From Octopus bimaculoides (taxonomy: Eukaryota), in NCBI RefSeq assembly GCF_001194135.2, contig NC_068982.1:26635554-26680255 (forward strand): a stretch of DNA of 44,702 bases, given 5' to 3'. How positions within the stretch are numbered: the stretch's first letter is position 1; every line of letters starts with the position of its first letter. The notes beneath the pieces were generated by a model. That model did not search any database, was not told the DNA's origin, and worked only from the letters and a program-made list of their open reading frames with translations. Positions 10,727 through 22,005 of the stretch are shown here, piece by piece. The position numbers and the translations under genes were made by a program.

Positions 10727-11666
10727 NNNNNNNNNNNNNNNNNNNNNNNNNNNNNNNNNNNNNNNNNNNNNNNNNNNNNNNNNNNNNNNNNNNNNNNNNN
10801 NNNNNNNNNNNNNNNNNNNNNNNNNNNNNNNNNNNNNNNNNNNNNNNNNNNNNNNNNNNNNNNNNNNNNNNNNNNNNNNNNNNNNNNNNNNNNNNNNNNN
10901 NNNNNNNNNNNNNNNNNNNNNNNNNNNNNNNNNNNNNNNNNNNNNNNNNNNNNNNNNNNNNNNNNNNNNNNNNNNNNNNNNNNNNNNNNNNNNNNNNNNN
11001 NNNNNNNNNNNNNNNNNNNNNNNNNNNNNNNNNNNNNNNNNNNNNNNNNNNNNNNNNNNNNNNNNNNNNNNNNNNNNNNNNNNNNNNNNNNNNNNNNNNN
11101 NNNNNNNNNNNNNNNNNNNNNNNNNNNNNNNNNNNNNNNNNNNNNNNNNNNNNNNNNNNNNNNNNNNNNNNNNNNNNNNNNNNNNNNNNNNNNNNNNNNN
11201 NNNNNNNNNNNNNNNNNNNNNNNNNNNNNNNNNNNNNNNNNNNNNNNNNNNNNNNNNNNNNNNNNNNNNNNNNNNNNNNNNNNNNNNNNNNNNNNNNNNN
11301 NNNNNNNNNNNNNNNNNNNNNNNNNNNNNNNNNNNNNNNNNNNNNNNNNNNNNNNNNNNNNNNNNNNNNNNNNNNNNNNNNNNNNNNNNTATTTCATTAT
11401 GCCGGCTACCGTCTAATGTACTACCATCCTTAAATCTGCTGCAGGAATGACTATCCTTAAAATCTGCAGAATGGATAGCAAATAAATCCAACAGTACCAC
11501 ATACACCTCCGTCCTCGTATTACTACCATTCCTTCCTCTAATCCCATCACCTACCTCCCTCCCCCCACCAAGTACATGCAGAAATACCCACATAGCTAGA
11601 TTGGCCTTCATACTAGCAAGAAGGGATAAACATTCCTCTCTGATTCATCCACCAATGCAGTATCAC

Positions 11667-11767
11667 CTGATGAACTGAATCAAGGATGATCATCATCCGG
11701 ATGCCCAAGGATACGGACTCTGATGACAAAGACACGTGATTTGTGGAAACGCGTGTAACGATACATT
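11667..11767 (+). ncRNA. Degenerate hammerhead-like motif (PLE pLTR-type)
   Basis: CTGATGA at 11667 and 11720; CAAA..TTTG(TG) stem; GAAAC-GCGT-GTA at 11746-11757; stem I pairing poor. Confidence 0.35.
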
Positions 11768-11835
11768 AAACATTTATGAATTACATGCAAGAATTACTGT
11801 TATTATATATACATTTGTATGTGTAAAGTAGCACT

Positions 11836-11889
11836 TTTAGAGAAGTTTCATATCTAGCGTAAACTAGACATCTCTTCAGTTTCTCTAAA
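11836..11889 (-). ncRNA. Hammerhead-like motif lacking the cleavage triplet, 3' of a PLE ORF
   Basis: Minus strand: TTTAGAGAA-A-CTGAAGA-G-ATGTCTAG-TTTACG-CTAGATAT-GAAAC-TTCTCTAAA; 9-bp stem I, 8-bp stem II. Confidence 0.55.
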
Positions 11890-12010
11890 CAATAACTGTT
11901 CTCTGCAAAGTATGTTTTAAAAAAAAAAAAAAAAAGAACGCCGGTGATAGTTGAAGAAATATTCCTCTTAAAAATTATGAACGGGCGACTTTTCTTCCTT
12001 CGCTTGGTAG

Positions 12011-12183
12011 CTAGGTTTTCCAATTTTGAAGTAAAAATTTCCGAAAATGTCGACAACTCCCCACGGCTTCCGACCTGGAGTTCAGGTAGCCTCCTGGCTC
12101 ATGTGAGTTCATAAGGATTATATATTTTTCTGCCATACACAATTTACATAGCCTTGTTCCATTGCGATAGGGTCCACAAGTAC
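12011..12183 (-). mobile_element. Penelope-like element ORF C-terminus (GIY-YIG-associated Cys-rich tail)
   Basis: CGPYRNGTRLCKLCMAEKYIIL..LNSRSEAVGSCRHFRKFLL*, matching the PY..C.LC..EK..I..LN.RSE..CRH..KFLL tail of invertebrate PLEs; truncated by the adjacent mariner fragment. Confidence 0.7.
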
Positions 12184-12225
12184 AGACGTGAAGAGTATGC
12201 TGTGCGAGTTTTCTTTTTGAGTCAA

Positions 12226-12650
12226 GATGACCGAGCGCTTTGAGCAAAGATTCTGCCAAAAGCTTGGTGATACGCAAGCCCAGACTATGGAGAAGATTCA
12301 GAAAGTCTTTGGTGATGATGCTATGGAAAAAACACAAATAAAGGAATGGTACAACCGGTTCAAAGATGGCCACACCTCAGTGGACAGTGAGTCACGTTGT
12401 GGCAGACCATCGACCAACAGAAAGGACGAAATGATTGCAAAGGTTTGAAGAATAGTCTATAAAGACCGTTATGTGACTATTGTGTGACTGCTGAGGAGAT
12501 TGTTTGTCAGGATTACTACTCCCCAGACTTGGCTTCATGTGACTTTTGGCTATTCCCAAAGCCCAAAAAGAAAAAAACACTCGAAGGGAGAAGATTTGAG
12601 CCAACAGAGGACATTAAGCAAAATTCGACGGCAAAGCTCTACAGCCGAAT
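12226..12650 (+). mobile_element. Internally deleted mariner transposase fragment (irritans/Hsmar2-like)
   Basis: MTERFEQRFCQKLGDTQAQT..IKEWYNRFKDG..SESRCGRPST (HTH region) joined to YYSPDLASCDFWLFPK; the catalytic middle is missing. Confidence 0.85.
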
Positions 12651-12779
12651 CATGATGATACAAGTAATTCAGTTCCTATATTCAGGTTGCTTCTAATCCT
12701 ACTTGTGAGCTAACTTTTTCTCGGCTACAACTTTAATCTTATTTCCTTCCAACGCTGTTGTCTGGTCACCAACATATCA

Positions 12780-12836
12780 AGCTCTTCTTGAAAATTGTTG
12801 ACATGAAAAATCATCAATTTTTTCGCGAACACCCTG
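12780..12836. mobile_element. Tc1/mariner-type terminal repeat (ends ..GAACACCCTG next to TA repeat)
   Basis: Reverse complement starts CAGGGTGTTC and aligns with 13544-13600. Confidence 0.55.
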
Positions 12837-13543
12837 CATATATATANNNNNNNNNNNNNNNNNNNNNNNNNNNNNNNNNNNNNNNNNNNNNNNNNNNNNN
12901 NNNNNNNNNNNNNNNNNNNNNNNNNNNNNNNNNNNNNNNNNNNNNNNNNNNNNNNNNNNNNNNNNNNNNNNNNNNNNNNNNNNNNNNNNNNNNNNNNNNN
13001 NNNNNNNNNNNNNNNNNNNNNNNNNNNNNNNNNNNNNNNNNNNNNNNNNNNNNNNNNNNNNNNNNNNNNNNNNNNNNNNNNNNNNNNNNNNNNNNNNNNN
13101 NNNNNNNNNNNNNNNNNNNNNNNNNNNNNNNNNNNNNNNNNNNNNNNNNNNNNNNNNNNNNNNNNNNNNNNNNNNNNNNNNNNNNNNNNNNNNNNNNNNN
13201 NNNNNNNNNNNNNNNNNNNNNNNNNNNNNNNNNNNNNNNNNNNNNNNNNNNNNNNNNNNNNNNNNNNNNNNNNNNNNNNNNNNNNNNNNNNNNNNNNNNN
13301 NNNNNNNNNNNNNNNNNNNNNNNNNNNNNNNNNNNNNNNNNNNNNNNNNNNNNNNNNNNNNNNNNNNNNNNNNNNNNNNNNNNNNNNNNNNNNNNNNNNN
13401 NNNNNNNNNNNNNNNNNNNNNNNNNNNNNNNNNNNNNNNNNNNNNNNNNNNNNNNNNNNNNNNNNNNNNNNNNNNNNNNNNNNNNNNNNNNNNNNNNNNN
13501 NNNNNNNNNNNNNNNNNNNNNNNNNNNNNNNNNNNNNATATAT

Positions 13544-13600
13544 GGGTGTGTTCAGGGAAACATCTACGATTTTTCATGTCACCATTTTTCAGGAAGCCCT
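13544..13600. mobile_element. Related Tc1/mariner-type terminal repeat on the other side of the gap
   Basis: GGGTGTGTTCAGGGAAACATCTACGATTTTTCATGTCACCATTTTTCAGGAAG resembles the reverse complement of 12780-12836. Confidence 0.5.
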
Positions 13601-14113
13601 TGATGAGTTTCTAATACCGACCTGTTTAGCAAGTGTGAGATTGGGGGGAATCGAGAGCTTCCTTATGCAGTCGCAATTGTGTTGGGCTGGCCATGTTGTC
13701 AGAATGAGTGACGGAAGAATACCCAAAGTCTTCATGTACAGCCAGCTTGATAGTGGGCACAGGAATGTTGGTCGACCATGGCTCAGACATAAGGACAAGC
13801 TGAAGAGTAACCCCTCAGCAGTGAAGATAGCTCACAACACCTTTGAGCGAACAGCCTTGGAGCGAACAAAATGGAGATGGTTGTAACAAAATTGTATAAG
13901 AAACTTTGTTGCGACCAGTACTAACAGGCTTCGGAGTGCAAGGCAAAGGAGAAAAGCGACTATAAATATATTACCTGCACCTCATACGTGCAAGATCTTT
14001 TCAAACCGTTGGCGAAATTTAGATGTCACATTCGACATAAGCATATGACTGACAAAAAAAAGAGTAGGCTATCAGATCCTCATACGTCGAAACCGACGGA
14101 AGAGTCCATCATC
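13601..14113 (+). mobile_element. RTE-clade LINE 3' fragment
   Basis: VSNTDLF..GGIESFLMQSQLCWAGHVVRMSDGRIPKVFMYSQL..GRPWLRHKDKLK; one degenerate C-terminal finger (..FRCHIRHKH); ends CCATCATC. Confidence 0.88.
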
Positions 14114-14225
14114 TAGGTATATGTATCGTTGTATATTTGCGTTTTGGTGTATATATGCATTTATGTGTATATACTTGGTTGTGTGCATAAGCGTAAGGAT
14201 GCATATGTTTAGGCATATACATTCG

Positions 14226-14417
<192 letters not shown>

Positions 14418-16711
14418 CGCAATTCAATGTGTATGCATCTATGTATATGTATATGTGAGGGAGGAGAGAGAGAAAGAGAATGTGTGTATATGTATGAGAA
14501 TGTGTTTATGTGTGTTAGCTTGTGTGTACATATTTCATATTCTTGTACATACGAACTTCATATTCATGTAACTTGTGAATGAAAATATTTGTAATAAATT
14601 TATATCTGTAACCAACCCCACCCCTAGCAACATAATACAATAATTCTATATTCTATTAACTACTATGCTTTTTCATCACAACCTTTCTTCAGTCACTCTC
14701 TAACAGCCTAAAAATGTTTTGATTTTGAATATTCTGTTGTAGCTAGTTGACACGTTTAAAGTACTTCTAATTTGGTATATATTTAGAAAAAACTTGGTTT
14801 ATTTTCCCTTTTTCTGACTTACAGATTATTGTATGGCATTTCAAGTCTTTCGGGTTAATTCTTAAAGGAATGTTTCCAAGTTATTTTCAGTAAAATTTGG
14901 CTTCAATAAGTGCTATTTTAGTTTTTCTCATATTCTTACGGCCTTTTGTTTTATGTTTTACTTTTTTATTAATGTGTGGTATAATCTCAGTATTTCTTGT
15001 CTCCTTCTCTTAGTCAGTCAGTCAAGTCCCTTCAAAAACCACTTTTAGAATAACATTTTGCAAATTTTTCTTCGTATTTACGATGCTTTATTTTCTCAAC
15101 ATAGTTATGTTTTTTATCTGCGAAGATATTAAAGAATTCCTGAAACTTACAACTTCTTCATTCTCAGTGAGCATCTGCTGGCATATATTCCCACCAGTCC
15201 CCTACTGTGGCTCATATAGTACCCAATGAATGATTTGCTGTTATAATATTATTGTTTCTCTTCTGTTTTTTGGTTAAATATTACGTGTCTGGTCACGTAG
15301 AATGTCGTTTCTTCTTTTTATTTTCGTCTTTATATTGTTTTTGTTCCCTTTTTTTATTTCATTTCACATTATGCAATCTATTCAGGTCCAAAACATTTAA
15401 GGACCTTCCTTTTTAAGCAGTGCTTGGCAAAGGGTTTCAGAAAACTAGAGACTGTCTTTTCTCTGAAACAAATTTTAGCATCATTTACTGTATCAAGTGT
15501 CACAAAACCAGAATACATAGAATTTATTTTACTGCTTGCTATGTCTGTTGAAGTCGGTTGTGAATATGCTATCATTCTTTGTTATGGATACAGCAAAAAA
15601 TGTTTATTGTTTTATAAGTTGTTCTTGTTTTGCTTTCATTTTTTAAAATTCATTTATATCTTCCTATAAAAAAAATATTTTTGAGCAGAATATACGTAGG
15701 TCTTACAATTCTTGTAATTCTGTATAAAACCGGAGCATTCAAGTTATGAAAACATTCATTGAAATTATGGAACCATGAAATACAGATTATTTATCATGCA
15801 CGAATTCTTTTCTCAAAACAAATATAAATACTGCGATAATTAATGTAACAGTGGCTATGTTGCAGATGAACAGTAGATGACTGATATTACAAGCTGTAAA
15901 CAGACACAAAAAAATGAAGAGGAATATGTATGGAACTATACATATGGCCATAAATTTATACATTGCAAAATGACTGAGAGGAAATTAAGTTAAACTGTAG
16001 GTAGGGATATCATTTTAGAAAGAGATCTAGAGAGGGAAGTAAAACGAAAAAAGTGAAAAGCAAAGTAGGCAGTGGATACAGTCAATATTGATGCGTTAAG
16101 AGATTATTATCTGGTGATTGTTCCGTTCTTTGCCGGAAATTTTATTCTCTTCGTTGTAGACTGCATGTGTGTAAGTTATTTCCAGGGAATTCCACATACC
16201 GCTACCATATTATCTTCTCTTTTTGATCTGCTTCATTAAATTAAGGAAAACATTCTACAGAAACCTACACGATTCACGCCGAAGTGTCAGTGACAGAATA
16301 TAAACTCAAAATATTTCGGTTGAAATGTTCTATTTTATCTCCTCTGTATCTGGTCTGCAGCTCCTCTATCCCTTTTGTAGGGCAATATAAAAATTGAAAA
16401 CTTCAGGTTTTAAACAATATCTTTATTGAGATCGTCAATTGTTTAATGACACTTTAGTTATATTTCTAACGATATAAGTATAACTCTTCCATGCTTTCAG
16501 TGTTTGACCAGAATAGACAGCCATTTTTCTGTCATACTGACGCCGCCTAAATGTGATTGTTTCGAAACAACTGTTGTATATCTGCCTAAAATCCATACTG
16601 AGATATTCAGCTTAGCAAATTACTACATTTAGGAAAATAATTCATTAGATAAATATAACCTTGCCGAATGATTTTTCGATTCCATTCCATATTCTAATCT
16701 TATGACTGTAC

Positions 16712-16838
<127 letters not shown>

Positions 16839-17364
16839 CTGTTCATTTGATAAGTGAGAGTCAAGATGGTTGGCGCAAGGGTTAATGATTGTTTCACTTT
16901 TGGATATTTTACAGTTCAATTACTAGAATTAAGAATTAATTACATCTTTGACAAGGCAATAATCAACCCATCCCCAATTTGTCCCTCGTTCTACTGTTTC
17001 TCAGTTAACAACAGAGTGAGATAACAATTTAGTAATTTAGAGCTAGCGTAGTTAGTTCACTGAAATGGAAATTGAGTGGGTGTAATTTTGTTGATGTGCG
17101 ATGCTGAGATCGAAAGATCGAATCAATAAATTATTCAGGGAGTGTCGTCATGTTCGTGCGTTACGTTAAACATTTTCTCTTTAAATTGACTGTTTAATAT
17201 TCCTGATATTCTATTCTTCAGACATACAAATATATATTGTATGTGCACATACATATATATATTGTGTGTCTGCGTGCGTGTGTGTGTGCGTGTGTGTGTG
17301 CGTATGTGGGTGTGTGCGCGNNNNNNNNNNNNNNNNNNNNNNNNNNNGTGTGTGTGTGCGTGTG

Positions 17365-17420
<56 letters not shown>

Positions 17421-18089
17421 TGTGTGTCTATAAGAACCTGGAGTCTCTGGAATCGTTACTCTGAGTTCTCAGTAATTCAAGTTACCGATTTTCAATCGTT
17501 TCATCGACCATTAACAAAGTAAGTCACAATTTTATGGGCTTAGAAATCGAGAAGTCAAAGATATGCAACTGAAATACTTCAAGCCAATGAATGATTCAAT
17601 CAGTAGCAGCTAAATCTCTCTCAAATTATCGAACAATAAGAGAACCTCTATGTGGTTACTCGACCTACAGAAGCTAGCAGCAAAATCATTTCGAAATTCA
17701 TGGAACCAACGGAATATCTTTCACTGGTAGCTCAAATTGTTAGAAGTAGCTGCCAAACTTCTTCATAGTTAGTTACTTGATTCATTTCCAACCGGAACAA
17801 CTTTGAATTTAATATTTCCAAGATCACTAAAATAACAACACCAATCAAATACTGGGAGTGATTTAATCAACGGAGCCAGCAGCCAGCAGCCAATCACCTT
17901 CCTTCAAAAACGATTAACGGTATGGCGTTGCACTTATACAGAAAACCCTTATTTAGAACTTTATTCCAACGTTTATGGTTCTAAGGTTCTACTTACTTTA
18001 AAACCATCGAAGGTGTGTGGTTTTCCCTATTAGTGTAATGAATTGTAGCAAATTACATATAATTTTCATTTTTTATTAATCTAATATAT

Positions 18090-19132
18090 TTGAAGGTCAA
18101 GGAAAGGCCATGGATTTACGCCCGAAGGAATCGTGTCAGCTGCTGATGAAGGTGCAGCGTATGTTGAAGTTGTACAGGCCCACACAGGAGTGGCAGTCAC
18201 GCATACAGCGACTGCATTTGGAGGCGCTCTCTGCCTGCGCTACTGGTTTTTCCTTCTGTCGAGTGCGCTTTTCTTTGGTGGCGAGTTCCTGCTTTTCTTC
18301 TGCTCTCTTCATTCCCGTTTGTGTATTTGTCTCCAGTGTGGATGATCGTTTGCAACCTTCTTCCATCTCAGGACGTCCAGACCAAGTGACTTCATACCCT
18401 TTTTACAGACGTCCTTGAAACGTAGATGAAGTCGTCTTCGTGCTCTTGTACCGGTGGCCAATTCCCCATACAGGAGGTCTTTGGGGATCCTTCCGTCCGG
18501 CATACTATGTACGTTACCGAGCCAGCGCAATCGACGCTACTGAGGCTGGGTGAGTATGCTGAGTATCTTGGCTCGGTTGACGACTTTGGTGTTGGTGATG
18601 TGTTCGATCAATTTGATATCCAAAGTGCGTCTCAAATTACAAAGGAGAAAATCGTTGAGACGCCGCTCCTGTCTGGAGTAGAGCCTCCAAGTCTCACTGC
18701 CGTAAAGTAGCGTACTAAGGAGGCACGCCTTATAGTCAGCAATCTTGGTGTTAGGGCAAATGTGGAGGATGCTTGTCCGATTTATCTGTTGATCTCAGGG
18801 TCCAGAGAGAGATCATCAGCGATGGTAGAGTCGAGATAGGTGAATTGATGGACTACTTCCAGCTTGTAGTTATTGATGGTGATGGTGGGGGGATGTTTGA
18901 CACTTTGGCCCATTACTTGGGTCTTCCTCAGACTAATAGTCAGACTGAATTCCTGACAGGCCTTTGAAAGTTTGTCCACGAGGTACTGCATTTGCTCTTC
19001 AGAGTGCGCTGTCAGTGCTGCGTCGTCCGGGAACAGCATTTCTCTGACAAGTACCTGGCGCACCCTGAATTTTCCTTCCAACAACACTCACAGCNNNNNN
19101 NNNNCTGGCGCACCCTGAATTTTCCTTCCAAC
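18090..19132 (-). mobile_element. 5'-truncated RTE-clade LINE (BovB-like), RT plus C-terminus, pseudogenised
   Basis: VREMLFPDDAALTAHSEEQMQYLVDKLSKACQEFSLTISLRKT..FTYLDS; RWLGNVHSMPDGRIPKDLLYGELATG; KCSRCMRDCHSCVGLY finger-like tail. Confidence 0.92.
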
Positions 19133-19191
19133 AACACTCACAGCAACACTCACGGCAACACTCACGGCAACACTCACGGCAACACTCACAC
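19133..19191. repeat. 12-bp minisatellite (AACACTCACGGC) x ~5 at the RTE 5' junction
   Basis: Units at 19133, 19145, 19157, 19169 and a partial unit at 19181. Confidence 0.9.
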
Positions 19192-19313
19192 AACCAGAGT
19201 CGCCGATATGGCTATTTTGTTATAGTTGTTGTTATTGTTCGTTGTTACTCTTGTAATTGTTATCATTTGTTTAGCTTCAAAACTATATCTCATTTATTTG
19301 CCTTTCTCTCTTT

Positions 19314-19417
<104 letters not shown>

Positions 19418-19499
19418 TTTCCTAATAAGCTTACCTTTCATAAATAGGATTGTTTTTATTTTCTCTGCATCAATCCATCCAGTACATTAGCACCGACGC

Positions 19500-20116
19500 C
19501 AAACTCCGACAATGGCGTCCTATAGGCATCGCTGTCGTCTTCGTCATCAACGTCATCGTCGTCGACGGCACGGTCATTATCAACGTTAGATTCATCATCG
19601 CCGCCATCGTCATCAGTAGCAGCAGCAGCAGCATTGTCGCCGTCATGGTGATCATTTTCAGCATCATCATCATCATCATCATCATCATCATAATCTGACG
19701 CGGAAGTAAAATGCTAACATCCTTGTCGTTTATGACTAATTGATTAAAGAGTTTCAACAGCTTTTGTCTAAATAGACAATGGTACACATATTGTTAGGTA
19801 CGTTAAACGGGGTGGCAACAGTGGTGGCTGTGCATTGTGATGTGGTGTCGTTGGCAGGGGAAGCTGCAGAGCTTGTAGCAGATTGGTTGATCTTGACAAT
19901 GAGGATTGAGGTGATTGGTGCGTTTGTCGTGTTTTGGAGAGGTAATGGCGGTGGCGATGGTGGTGATTAAGAATATGATGGGAGTAGCTATGATCAAAGC
20001 AGCCGCAAAGGATGGTGGGGGGGGGGATTTAGTAGAGGCGATGCTGGTGGAGGTGATTGTAATTGTGACTGGAATGATGGATATGATGGTCGTAGCTATG
20101 ATCAAAGGTGTGAAGG
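19500..20116. repeat. Cryptic trinucleotide low-complexity region (CAT/CGT, then GAT/GGT)
   Basis: Degenerate triplet periodicity; pure (CAT)n near 19660-19690; runs into the gap. Confidence 0.8.
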
Positions 20117-20944
20117 NNNNNNNNNNNNNNNNNNNNNNNNNNNNNNNNNNNNNNNNNNNNNNNNNNNNNNNNNNNNNNNNNNNNNNNNNNNNNNNNNNNN
20201 NNNNNNNNNNNNNNNNNNNNNNNNNNNNNNNNNNNNNNNNNNNNNNNNNNNNNNNNNNNNNNNNNNNNNNNNNNNNNNNNNNNNNNNNNNNNNNNNNNNN
20301 NNNNNNNNNNNNNNNNNNNNNNNNNNNNNNNNNNNNNNNNNNNNNNNNNNNNNNNNNNNNNNNNNNNNNNNNNNNNNNNNNNNNNNNNNNNNNNNNNNNN
20401 NNNNNNNNNNNNNNNNNNNNNNNNNNNNNNNNNNNNNNNNNNNNNNNNNNNNNNNNNNNNNNNNNNNNNNNNNNNNNNNNNNNNNNNNNNNNNNNNNNNN
20501 NNNNNNNNNNNNNNNNNNNNNNNNNNNNNNNNNNNNNNNNNNNNNNNNNNNNNNNNNNNNNNNNNNNNNNNNNNNNNNNNNNNNNNNNNNNNNNNNNNNN
20601 NNNNNNNNNNNNNNNNNNNNNNNNNNNNNNNNNNNNNNNNNNNNNNNNNNNNNNNNNNNNNNNNNNNNNNNNNNNNNNNNNNNNNNNNNNNNNNNNNNNN
20701 NNNNNNNNNNNNNNNNNNNNNNNNNNNNNNNNNNNNNNNNNNNNNNNNNNNNNNNNNNNNNNNNNNNNNNNNNNNNNNNNNNNNNNNNNNNNNNNNNNNN
20801 NNNNNNNNNNNNNNNNNNNNNNNNNNNNNNNNNNNNNNNNNNNNNNNNNNNNNNNNNNNNNNNNNNNNNNNNNNNNNNNNNNNNNNNNNNNNNNNNNNNN
20901 NNNNNNNNNNNNNNNNNNNNNNNNNNNNNNNNNNNNNNNNNNNN

Positions 20945-21925
20945 TTCAAAGACAAAAGCACATGAAAAATTAGCTAGCAGATGGGAACAGAAACCTCTGC
21001 ATGGCAAGTATGTGGCTCGTAGCAAACAAGCTGATGTCGACCAGAAACGCACGCATCAATGGTTACGAAGCTCAGGGCTAAAAGCAGAGAGTGAAGGTTT
21101 CATATTAGCTACTCAAAGACCAAAGCTTATTAACCCGGAACTACCAAGCCAATGGGATAAAAATGGAGCTGACCCAAAATGCCGATTCTGTAACAATGAT
21201 ATTAAAACTATAGACCACCTAATCTCAGGATGTAGAGTTTTAGCACCTGTAGAATATAAAGCAAGACATGACAGAATCAGCCAGTATTTACACTGGACAA
21301 TATGTCGGCATTATAAGATCAAAACCGCTGACAAATGGTATAAACACCATCCTGAAGCAGTGACTGAGGGAGAAAATGTATCGATTCTGTGGGACTTCGC
21401 CGTACATACCGACAAAACTATAAAAACTAATAAACCGGATATTATTATAAAAGATCAGACAAATAAGACGTGTTTATTAATTGACATGAGTATTCCCTGT
21501 GATCATAATATAGCGGCGAAAGAATTTGACAAGATCAGTAAATATAAAGACTTGCTAATAGAAATTGAAAAAATGTGGCATCTCAAGGTGACTACCGTCA
21601 CAGTGCTTGCAGGATCTGTAGGAATGATTTAAAAGATGGTACTGAAACCCATTTGAAAATGATACCAGGCCTACCATCCCTACAGGAAGTGCAAAAAAAT
21701 CGTCTTAACTGGAACGACTCATGTACTGAGACTATCGCTGTGAAAACAACATCTATTCATGAATTTATTTATTTATTGATTTTTTTTAAATACATATTTT
21801 ACCTGTGAATTTGCTTTTGTAAACTGGGAATGCATACAATGAGCTTCTCTACCCTAGGTGTACGGAAAACACTCGGCGAAAAATGGAAGAAAATTTGAAG
21901 AAAGAAGAAAGAAAAAACAACAACA
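20945..21925 (+). mobile_element. R4/Dong-clade non-LTR retrotransposon, 3' part (CCHC finger plus restriction-like endonuclease)
   Basis: KPLHGKY..GLKAESEGFI..CRFCNNDIKTIDHLISGC..RHD..LWDF..NKPDIII..IDMSIP..KISKYKDL; 3' UTR runs to the (AAT)n array; 5' part lost in the gap. Confidence 0.92.
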
Positions 21926-21942
21926 TAATAATAATAATAATG

Positions 21943-22003
<61 letters not shown>
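21925..22003. repeat. (AAT)n microsatellite between the two R4/Dong elements
   Basis: Direct reading. Confidence 0.95.

Positions 22004-22005
<2 letters not shown>

Noticed and set aside
10570-13603. Long ORFs spanning N runs (also at 2594-3405, 19915-21052, 26031-26764, 39592-40596)
   Set aside because: Their length comes from X codons in assembly gaps; the real sequence at each end is microsatellite or transposon.
15378-15669. Possible hAT dimerisation-domain remnant (QPTSTD..TVNDAKICFR)
   Set aside because: Similarity is too weak to support without an HMM search; no TIRs found.
17602-17764. CRISPR-like repeat-spacer pattern
   Set aside because: The repeats are too degenerate, there are no cas genes, and the context is an animal genome.
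19055-19144. 40-bp direct duplication on either side of a 10-N gap
   Set aside because: Identical sequence flanking a placeholder gap is the signature of an unmerged contig overlap.
19470-20105. Mucin-like or His-rich protein ORFs
   Set aside because: Cryptic trinucleotide repeats give ORFs in several frames on both strands, with no consistent splice or domain signal.
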